NCBI GenBank assembly: GCA_034408725.1
Contig: JAWXCN010000230.1
Span: forward strand, 1-10,213
Direction: 5' to 3'
Length of the DNA stretch: 10,213 nucleotides
Source of the DNA: Candidatus Hydrogenedentota bacterium
Lineage (GTDB): Bacteria > Hydrogenedentota > Hydrogenedentia > Hydrogenedentales > SLHB01
The position numbers were made by a program, and so were the translations under genes. This document shows, piece after piece, positions 1 to 6,309 of this stretch; position 1 is the first letter of the stretch; every line of letters begins with the position of its first letter. The notes below the pieces were generated by a model. The model ran no database searches, was not told the DNA's origin, and saw nothing but the letters and a program-made list of their open reading frames with translations.

Positions 1-2
1 AC

Positions 3-494
3 CTCATGGCGCGCCTGAACGTGCGCGGCGCAGACAGCGTCTCGCCACGGTTGAACGAAATCGCGGCGTGGTTTGACGAAGTGACCGTGGCGGGCGGCTA
101 TCGGAAATACTACGACGGCACGCGCGACGGCACCCTTCAAGGCGGCGGCACCGCGGGTGGGCTCGGTCTTGATCAAGAATTTTTCGAAAGCGTCATGCTG
201 CCGCAAATTTTCTTCGACGGGTTTCTGGGTTTCGATACGAAACCAGACGGATTCACGCTCAACCCGCGCCTGCCGGGTGATTGGCCTGAGCTAACGATAA
301 CGCGTATCCGCTTTCGGGATCTCGTGCTTGAACTTAAAACGACCGCCACGACGCTCGACGTAACCGTCGCGGAAAGTTCCGGCGCATCAGGCCGCGATTA
401 CCTCGTCAGCATGCCCGCAGGCTGGAACCCCGAATCACAACCGATAGCGCCAAACGCTGCCGCCGGAACAACCCTCCACTTCGCGCGCAATTGA
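3..494 (+). CDS. C-terminal fragment of a probable glycoside hydrolase (GH65-like C-terminal beta domain); 5' end lies outside the window
   Basis: The frame is open from the window edge (3) to TGA at 492-494. The segment GFLGF...DGFTLNPRLPGDWPELTITRIRFR resembles the 'P.LP..W..l.....frg' C-terminal module of GH65-type (alpha/alpha)6 hydrolases/phosphorylases. Recognised by eye only. Confidence 0.55.
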   Translation, partial: LMARLNVRGADSVSPRLNEIAAWFDEVTVAGGYRKYYDGTRDGTLQGGGTAGGLGLDQEFFESVMLPQIFFDGFLGFDTKPDGFTLNPRLPGDWPELTITRIRFRDLVLELKTTATTLDVTVAESSGASGRDYLVSMPAGWNPESQPIAPNAAAGTTLHFARN

Positions 495-496
495 AA

Positions 497-568
497 GGAG
501 GGCGGGTAAGCCAACCCGCCATTCTCTTAATTAGACTAATCAATGGCGGGTTGGCTTACCCGCCCTCC
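497..568. repeat. REP-like inverted doublet (class A): perfect 27-bp inverted repeat, likely also a bidirectional terminator/mRNA stabiliser
   Basis: 497-523 GGAGGGCGGGTAAGCCAACCCGCCATT is the exact reverse complement of 542-568, with an 18-nt AT-rich spacer. Each arm is GGAG followed by its own hairpin GGCGGGT-AAGCCA-ACCCGCC. It lies between convergent genes. Confidence 0.9.
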
Positions 569-1328
569 GTGTGGCAATTTTGTAGATGATGAACGCGAGT
601 ATAGCCGCGACGAGTGCGACAACATGATGGATTAAGAAATAGCGCAGCGCAACGGACGAAAATGTATTCTGGCTGATACCGCGAAAACCAGACGAAAGCT
701 GGACGATGGCCGAGGTGTCCGACCCCGGAATCGAAAAGACTGGCATGCCCGTGTACTGGCCCGGTGTCGGCGTAAAAATAAACACAACCGACGGCAGCAG
801 GATATCGAGAAACCCCGTGAACCATTCAAACCCGACGAATGCCAGCGTCGTGACCGCCGCTAGCCGTTCGCGGCGCGGCGGGCAATTGCACCACCAGAGC
901 CAGACCATGCACGCCAATGTGAGCCATACAAAAGTGATGGCTTGAGCGATTGGCATGAAACGGTCTATTGGACCAAAGTCCTCGTAGTGCCACACTGATC
1001 GCGGAACGATCCGGGCCAGGATTAGCGCGACGGCCAGCCCCAGAATCACATTCATTTCCGTGAGCCGCGCAAGCCATGTGGGTTCCGAACGCATCAGCCG
1101 GGCCTGCGCGCTGCGAAGAATCGCGAAGATTCCGGCCAGAACCAGAAAAGTGCACGCAAGCCGGGCCAGGCGCTGCAACAGCCATTCCGACGTTGGCAAC
1201 ACGGAATAGGACATCATCAGGTACATCACCAGATCGACGAGCGCGAGGAGCGGCTGCGCGAATAGTGTAAGAGCGGCGATCACCGCGACGCGCCGGCCAA
1301 AGGGGATGAAGAGGAGGCTTTCGGTCAT
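540..1328 (-). CDS. Hypothetical polytopic membrane protein (about 6-7 TM helices), 262 aa
   Basis: Longest ORF in the gap, with repeated hydrophobic stretches separated by Arg-rich loops (e.g. VAVIAALTLFAQPLLAL, TFLVLAGIFAIL, VILGLAVALILA, VVALVAAILAFIIY). No recognisable family and no clear RBS. Confidence 0.65.
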   Translation of the reverse strand: MTESLLFIPFGRRVAVIAALTLFAQPLLALVDLVMYLMMSYSVLPTSEWLLQRLARLACTFLVLAGIFAILRSAQARLMRSEPTWLARLTEMNVILGLAVALILARIVPRSVWHYEDFGPIDRFMPIAQAITFVWLTLACMVWLWWCNCPPRRERLAAVTTLAFVGFEWFTGFLDILLPSVVFIFTPTPGQYTGMPVFSIPGSDTSAIVQLSSGFRGISQNTFSSVALRYFLIHHVVALVAAILAFIIYKIATRRAGKPTRH

Positions 1329-1347
1329 TTTGGGTAAACCTTGGGAT

Positions 1348-1430
1348 TACACACACGGACTTACACAAACGGACACAAACGGACACGGGCAAAGGTCGCG
1401 GGTGATCGTCCGTGTAAGTCCGTGTGTGTA
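1348..1430. repeat. Inverted repeat built from ACACGGAC-like units, with an internal 10-mer tandem repeat
   Basis: 1348-1366 TACACACACGGACTTACAC is the exact reverse complement of 1412-1430. ACACAAACGG occurs in tandem at 1363-1372 and 1373-1382, followed by ACACGG. Confidence 0.85.
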
Positions 1431-1473
1431 TCCATGAGCATAGAAAATCCCCTCGAACAAAAACCAGCTATTG

Positions 1474-1501
1474 TTGCGGCACACACTGGCCCGGTTATAA
1501 T
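1474..1501 (+). promoter_or_regulatory. Putative sigma70-type promoter for the first two htrA-like genes
   Basis: Perfect TATAAT at 1496-1501 in GC-rich DNA, weak -35 TTGCGG at 1474-1479 (16-nt spacer), 42 nt upstream of the TTG start. Confidence 0.55.
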
Positions 1502-1543
1502 GCGGGCCTTGGCTGCTTGGTGTCCATTGCAAGGAGAACAGGT

Positions 1544-2920
1544 TTGAAACGTTTGGCGATAGCAGTGTCCGCCTGCGCGATAGCAATCGCAGGCTGCGCA
1601 ACGACGGGCACGTCGACTGACCGCGCCGTCATACAGGCAAAGAACAAGGTCGCGCCCGCGCTCGTGCATATTCGGCCGGTGAAGGAAGTCTTCTCGGAAG
1701 GCAAACGGGAAGAAGTGACGGTGATCGGCAGCGGGTTTATTATCTCGGACGATGGATACGTCGTCACGAACGAGCACGTCGCCGGCGAAAGCACGCTGGT
1801 GCGCTGCGTGCTCTATAACAAAGACGAATTTGACGCCGAAGTCGTCGGCGCGGACAAGTACACCGACGTTGCCGTGCTGAAACTCAAAACTGATCGCACA
1901 AACTTTCCAAAAGTAAAGCTCGCGAGCTCGGCCAACATTGAATCCGGCCAGACCGTGCTGGCATTGGGTAGTCCGCAAGGGCTTTCCCGGTCGGTATCGA
2001 TGGGTATTATCAGCGTCACGGACCGTTACCTTGGTGATCGCGACGAATCAATCGCGCCCTATAACAACTGGATTCAAACCGACGCGGCGATCAACCCCGG
2101 CAACAGCGGCGGGCCGCTGGTGAATATTCGCGGCGAAGTGGTCGGCGTCAATACGCGCAGGCTCGGCGGCGCGGACAACGTGGGCTTTGCGATCCCCATC
2201 GATACCGCGAAACAGGTCGTGGACCAGATTATCGAGACGGGTCGCGTGACCCGCTCCACGATTGGCGTGTCGTTTCAGGAAACGACGAGCAAGACTGATG
2301 ATCCGAACCAGCTTGGCGTTGTCATCGCCGACGTCGATCCGCTATCCACGGGCGCGGAGGCCGGTTTCGTTCCAGGCGACGTAATGATCGCCGTTGATTC
2401 ACAGCCCATCAATGCGCGGTTTGAAGAAGACCTGCCCAACGTGCGCAAACGCATCGCAGACCTGCCGGTGGACAAAGACATCACGGTCCGCGTCCAGCGC
2501 GGGACCGAAGAACAAGATATCGTCGTGAAGACGCAGGCCCTGAGCGACATGCGCGGCAAGCAGGTCGAGATCGAGGAATGGGGATTCACGGCGTCTGAAC
2601 TTACGCCGAACATCGTGCGCCGCGCGCAACTCGCATCGAGCAAGGGAGTGCTGATTTCCGGGGCGCAGGTCGGCGGAGTCGCGAGCACGGCCGGGCTTCG
2701 GCAGGGCGACATTGTGCTCAAGGTAGACGGCGCGGACGTCGAGAACCTCGAAGCGTTTTCAACCGTGATCCAGGAGCGGGTCGACGCGAAAACCAGGCTC
2801 GTGCTCATGCAGGTCAAACGCGGGGCTTTGACACGTTTCGTAATCGTTAAACAGAACGAACCCGCCGCACCCACCGCGGTGACTGGCGCCGTCAACGGAG
2901 GCAGTGAGAATGAGAAGTAA
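1544..2920 (+). CDS. htrA: HtrA/DegP-family serine protease (trypsin + 2 PDZ), predicted lipoprotein, 458 aa
   Basis: RBS AAGGAG at 1531-1536 supports a TTG start at 1544 rather than 1424. The N-terminus MKRLAIAVSACAIAIAG-C18 has a lipobox. Motifs: GSGFII, TNEHV (His78), TDVAVLK (Asp108), IQTDAAINPGNSGGPL (Ser188). Two PDZ-like segments (AGFVPGDVMIAVD; AGLRQGDIVLKVDG). Confidence 0.93.
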   Translation: MKRLAIAVSACAIAIAGCATTGTSTDRAVIQAKNKVAPALVHIRPVKEVFSEGKREEVTVIGSGFIISDDGYVVTNEHVAGESTLVRCVLYNKDEFDAEVVGADKYTDVAVLKLKTDRTNFPKVKLASSANIESGQTVLALGSPQGLSRSVSMGIISVTDRYLGDRDESIAPYNNWIQTDAAINPGNSGGPLVNIRGEVVGVNTRRLGGADNVGFAIPIDTAKQVVDQIIETGRVTRSTIGVSFQETTSKTDDPNQLGVVIADVDPLSTGAEAGFVPGDVMIAVDSQPINARFEEDLPNVRKRIADLPVDKDITVRVQRGTEEQDIVVKTQALSDMRGKQVEIEEWGFTASELTPNIVRRAQLASSKGVLISGAQVGGVASTAGLRQGDIVLKVDGADVENLEAFSTVIQERVDAKTRLVLMQVKRGALTRFVIVKQNEPAAPTAVTGAVNGGSENEK

Positions 2921-4322
2921 ATTAATCGGCGCGGTTATTTTGGCCGTGGCGTGGAGCGCGGGGGCGCAGGAATTCGCGACAGCGCAGTTGAACACGTATT
3001 TCGACAAGGTTTCGCCAGCGGTGACAATCGTCAATTATTCGTCGAACGTCACCAATCCGAATTCCGGTGAAATCACGAAGCGCAACACCCGCGCGCTTGG
3101 TTTGATCGTTTCGCCCACCGGATTGGTCATGGTGCACGGGCACATGCAACTCGAGAATTCAGAACCGTTCAACATCAAGGTCAGCGTTGGCCAGGCGGAC
3201 GCAGAGCGCGATTACGATGCCAAGCTGTTGACAAAACCCGAAGACGTAAATATTTGTTTCCTACAAATCGTGAACGATCAAAACCTGGCGTTTCCCTACG
3301 TCCAGTTCTCGGCGGGTTCACTGGACATCGGCGATCCGGTCGCCCTAATCGGGTTGATGGGGGAGACCCTCGATTTTAGCCGATCATTGGTGGTCCGCCG
3401 GATCGGCGCCGTGCTCGATAAACCGCGCACGACGTATTGCATCGACGAACGGCTCCTGTTCGGTTTTGTCGGCTCCCCGGTCATGGATTTGTCCGGCGCA
3501 ATGGTGGGCGTAGTCGGGTTCGATCTGGCGACGGAAGAGGGCGGCGATTTGTACGTGCGCAGTGGCCATCCACTCGTCTATCAAACGGAACTGTTCGCGC
3601 GATACATTGCGAATCCGCCCGACGACGAAATAAATTCTCCGAAGGACGATGCATTCCTGGGCGTGTTTTCCCAACCGTTGACCGACGACCTCGCGGAATA
3701 CTGGAAGTTGCCTGCTGATGGTGGCGTCGTCGTCGGCACGGTCATGCCCGGATCACCCGCGGACGCGGCCGGCATTAAGACCGGCGATATCATTACCAGC
3801 TTTAACAGCGTGCCTGTCACCGTGAAACAGGACCGCGAAGTGTTGGGCTTCACCAAACTCGTGCGCGACGCGGGAATCGGCGCGGCCGTGCCGGTGAAGA
3901 TGCTGCGCGACGGCGTGCCAATGGATACCGCGGTAACGCTGACCGAGCGGCCAAAATCCGCGCGCGACGCAGGCGAGTTCGAGGACAAGGTGTTCGGCCT
4001 GACCGTGCGCGAGATCACGACCGACCTTCGCGTAGTGCTAAACCTCGGCGCGGACGTCGAAGGCGTCATCGTGCGTCGCGTAAAATCGGGTTCTTGGGCG
4101 CAACTGGCCGAAGTCGTGCCTGGTGTCATCATCATGAATTTCGGCGGACAACCCGTAAAAACGCTGGACGACTTCAAGGCCGCCGTCGAGAAAGTGCAGC
4201 AGGAAAAGCCGGCGGAATTTACCATCTTCGCGCGGGTCGGCAGCAAGACCGGCTTCTTCCGCGTGCAACCGCGTTGGGCGACCAGCACTCCTGTGCCCAT
4301 TCCGACACCGGCGACGCAATAA
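2910..4322 (+). CDS. HtrA-like trypsin-fold + 2 PDZ protein with degenerate active site (probable pseudoprotease), secreted, 470 aa
   Basis: GGAGG at 2897-2901 lies 8 nt before ATG 2910. The gene overlaps the upstream one by 11 nt. Signal peptide MRSKLIGAVILAVAWSAGA|Q. Trypsin landmarks: SPAV, GLIVSPTGLV, LDIGDPVALIG, GSPVMDLSGAMVGV. GNSGGP is replaced by GFVGSP. PDZ motifs: PGSPADAAGIKTGDIIT, FGLTVREIT...SGSWAQLAEVVPG. Confidence 0.88.
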   Translation: MRSKLIGAVILAVAWSAGAQEFATAQLNTYFDKVSPAVTIVNYSSNVTNPNSGEITKRNTRALGLIVSPTGLVMVHGHMQLENSEPFNIKVSVGQADAERDYDAKLLTKPEDVNICFLQIVNDQNLAFPYVQFSAGSLDIGDPVALIGLMGETLDFSRSLVVRRIGAVLDKPRTTYCIDERLLFGFVGSPVMDLSGAMVGVVGFDLATEEGGDLYVRSGHPLVYQTELFARYIANPPDDEINSPKDDAFLGVFSQPLTDDLAEYWKLPADGGVVVGTVMPGSPADAAGIKTGDIITSFNSVPVTVKQDREVLGFTKLVRDAGIGAAVPVKMLRDGVPMDTAVTLTERPKSARDAGEFEDKVFGLTVREITTDLRVVLNLGADVEGVIVRRVKSGSWAQLAEVVPGVIIMNFGGQPVKTLDDFKAAVEKVQQEKPAEFTIFARVGSKTGFFRVQPRWATSTPVPIPTPATQ

Positions 4323-4345
4323 ACATCAGCGCTTACTAAATGCCG

Positions 4346-4383
4346 CGCAGCCGGGGTCACACACCTCGGCTGCGTTGTTGTTT
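4346..4383 (+). terminator. Probable intrinsic terminator after the second HtrA-like gene
   Basis: 12-bp stem CGCAGCCGGGGT / ACCTCGGCTGCG (one G-U) with a 5-nt loop, followed by TTGTTGTTT, 23 nt after the stop. Confidence 0.7.
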
Positions 4384-4473
4384 ACCTCAAATAAAGCACC
4401 GCGCGCTTTCATCCGGCAAGAGGCTGTTCGCGCAACTGGCGTTGACGTAAACGCTTAGGCTGCGTGCCACGCT

Positions 4474-4490
4474 TTGGCACGCGGAATGCT
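4474..4490 (+). promoter_or_regulatory. Putative sigma54 (-24/-12) promoter for the third htrA/degP gene
   Basis: TTGGCACGCGGAATGCT versus consensus YTGGCACG-N4-TTGCW. GG (4476-4477)-N10-GC (4488-4489) spacing is exact. It sits 74 nt upstream of the ATG and downstream of a terminator. Confidence 0.65.
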
Positions 4491-4511
4491 CTCTCCACTT
4501 CAAACGTCTAA
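4483..4511 (+). promoter_or_regulatory. Possible overlapping ECF/sigmaE-type promoter
   Basis: GGAAT (4483-4487)-N17-CGTCTAA (4505-4511) resembles ECF GGAAC-N16/17-CGTC/TCTAA promoters. degP genes are classically sigmaE-controlled. Confidence 0.35.
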
Positions 4512-4564
4512 TCGTATGCATCGCGTTGCCACTAGGCGGAACGCGTATGAGAAGGAGTGTACAT

Positions 4565-6079
4565 ATGAATCGACCGGCCAAACGTATTTCGTGGGCGCTG
4601 CTCGGCCTTGGCGCCGCGGCGTCGTCAGCGTTTTTGCTTTCCGAAGACGCCAATGGAAACGATATTTTGGCTGCCCCGCCCGTCGCGCAATCCCAGAATT
4701 ATGACGCGCTGAATTCTGTCCAGACCGTCCAGGCGCTCAGCGATGCGTTCGCGCACGTCGTCGAATCGGCGTCGCCAGCGGTCGTATTTATCACGATGGA
4801 GAAAAAGGCGCAGGAGATTCCCGCGGGCATGTTCGACGGCGAGAATATGCCGGAAGAATTTTTTGGCATTCCGCTTCCGCCGATGTTCCGGGGCCCTCAG
4901 GGGCCGCGCTCTGGCGGGCCGATGGCTGTAGGCCAGGGTTCCGGCTTTATCATCACGGACGACGGCTACATTTTGACGAACAACCATGTCGCGGGTGATG
5001 CAGACAGCCTTAGCGTCACCCTCGCGGATGGACGTGAGTTTGAAGCGAAACTGGTCGGCGCCGATCCCGAAACCGAAGTCGCGTTGATCAAGGTCGATGC
5101 GACGGGCCTTCCGGTCGCGAAGTTGGGTAACAGCGACAACCTTCGTGTGGGCGAATGGGTGCTTGCGATTGGCAGCCCCTTTGGTCTCGATCACACCGTC
5201 ACGTCCGGCATTGTCAGCGCGCGCGGCCGTGGCGACGTTCGCATCGTTGAATACGCGGACTTCATCCAGACCGATGCGGCCATTAACCCCGGCAACTCCG
5301 GCGGTCCGTTGCTGAATATTCGCGGCGAGGTCGTCGGCATGAATACTGCCATCGTAAGCCGCAGCGGCGGCAACGACGGCATCGGTTTCTCGATTCCGAT
5401 CAACATGGTGAAATACGTCGCCGATCAGTTGAAAGACCACGGCAGCGTCGCGCGTGGATACCTTGGTGTTGGTATTCAGCCCTTGACGCCCGACCTTGCG
5501 AAGTGGTTTGGCACGTCGGAAAACAGCGGCATCCTCGTCTCCGAAGTCGTGACGGATTCCCCCGCGGATAAAGCGGGAATCAAGGCAGACGACGTAATCG
5601 TCGCGCTTGATGGCACGACAGTCGGTGACACCGGCGCGTTCCGCAGCCATATTGCGATGACACCCGCGGGCGACGACGTCGAACTCACGATTTCGCGCAA
5701 TGGCGAACGCGTCAAGAAGACGATTTCCGTGGGCGCGAACGCGAAGGCCGATGAAATGAAACAGGCCCGCCGCGACGCGGATGATACGTCGAAGGCCCAG
5801 GGAAAACTCGGCATGGCGTTGCAGCCGTTGACCGATGAAATTGCGGACCAGTTCGATTTGGAAGGCAAGTCGGGTGTTGTCGTGACCGAGGTCGTGCCGG
5901 GTTCGCCCGCCGCGCGCGCAGGGCTTCGTCCCGGCGTGCTGGTCACGGAAGTCAACCGCACGCCAGTCAATAGTGTCGGCGACGTGCAGGAAGCACTGAA
6001 AGACAATAAAGATGGTTCAACGCTGTTGCGCATTCAGCGCGGCGAAGTGTCGCAGTACGTCACGATCAAGGCGGCATAA
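4565..6079 (+). CDS. degP: DegP/DegQ (Do-family) periplasmic serine endoprotease, trypsin + 2 PDZ, 504 aa
   Basis: RBS AAGGAG at 4552-4557 supports ATG 4565. Basic/hydrophobic N-terminus, ASPAVV, long LA loop (PEEFFGIPLPPMF), GQGSGFII, TNNHV (His141), DPETEVALIK, LRVGEWVLAIGSPFGL, FIQTDAAINPGNSGGPL (Ser245), RGYLGV-PDZ1, LGMALQ-PDZ2. Confidence 0.95.
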   Translation: MNRPAKRISWALLGLGAAASSAFLLSEDANGNDILAAPPVAQSQNYDALNSVQTVQALSDAFAHVVESASPAVVFITMEKKAQEIPAGMFDGENMPEEFFGIPLPPMFRGPQGPRSGGPMAVGQGSGFIITDDGYILTNNHVAGDADSLSVTLADGREFEAKLVGADPETEVALIKVDATGLPVAKLGNSDNLRVGEWVLAIGSPFGLDHTVTSGIVSARGRGDVRIVEYADFIQTDAAINPGNSGGPLLNIRGEVVGMNTAIVSRSGGNDGIGFSIPINMVKYVADQLKDHGSVARGYLGVGIQPLTPDLAKWFGTSENSGILVSEVVTDSPADKAGIKADDVIVALDGTTVGDTGAFRSHIAMTPAGDDVELTISRNGERVKKTISVGANAKADEMKQARRDADDTSKAQGKLGMALQPLTDEIADQFDLEGKSGVVVTEVVPGSPAARAGLRPGVLVTEVNRTPVNSVGDVQEALKDNKDGSTLLRIQRGEVSQYVTIKAA

Positions 6080-6115
6080 AGTTTACGCAGTCCCGGCATA
6101 AGGTTTACTCAGTCC
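6072..6115 (+). repeat. 22-bp tandem duplication spanning the degP stop codon
   Basis: CGGCATAAAGTTTACGCAGTCC (6072-6093) and CGGCATAAGGTTTACTCAGTCC (6094-6115) are 20/22 identical. Confidence 0.8.
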
Positions 6116-6132
6116 CGAAGACCCATGTAGCT

Positions 6133-6173
6133 GCCGGCGGTCTGGTCCCTCCCCAGGCCGCCGGCTTTTTTTT
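6133..6173 (+). terminator. Intrinsic (rho-independent) terminator of degP
   Basis: 13-bp stem GCCGGCGGTCTGG / CCAGGCCGCCGGC (one U-G) with a 7-nt loop, then T8 (6166-6173). Confidence 0.92.
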
Positions 6174-6187
6174 CGGCGTTTTTTTTT

Positions 6188-6308
6188 GGGAGGGCGCGCG
6201 TCCCCGAGCGCCGTGGCGTAGTCCGTATATGAGAAGCGCTCGGGGCTATTGGCTTTCGGAAAGCGCGCGGGGAAATTAAGAGAAGCCCGCGGGGACGCGC
6301 GCCCTCCC
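6188..6308. repeat. REP-like inverted doublet (class B)
   Basis: 6188-6206 GGGAGGGCGCGCGTCCCCG is the exact reverse complement of 6290-6308 (22/24 when extended). Each arm is GGAG plus an imperfect hairpin near GGCGCGCG-TCCC-CGCGCGCC. The spacer is about 73 nt. Confidence 0.85.
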
Positions 6309-6309
6309 G

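Noticed and set aside
1348-1430. Possible mini-CRISPR array (also considered for 6072-6115)
   Set aside because: Units are directly adjacent or inverted, with no unique spacers of regular length, and there are no cas genes.
1424-1543. ORF-track N-terminal extension of the first HtrA, and likewise the starts at 2904, 4526 and 9891
   Set aside because: Downstream starts (1544, 2910, 4565, 9813) have well-spaced Shine-Dalgarno sequences and place signal peptides at the N-terminus. The extensions at 1424 and 9891 overlap promoter-like or repeat DNA.
2078-2146. DNA similarity between gene 1 and gene 3 (about 5270-5338) suggesting gene conversion
   Set aside because: It is confined to the TDAAINPGNSGGPL motif with many synonymous differences (Ser is AGC versus TCC), so protein-level constraint explains it.
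4625-5650. 341-aa minus-strand ORF, and similar ones at 1361-1978, 2275-2895, 3581-4360 and 5476-6033
   Set aside because: All are antisense to clearly real HtrA genes and have no independent motifs or RBS.
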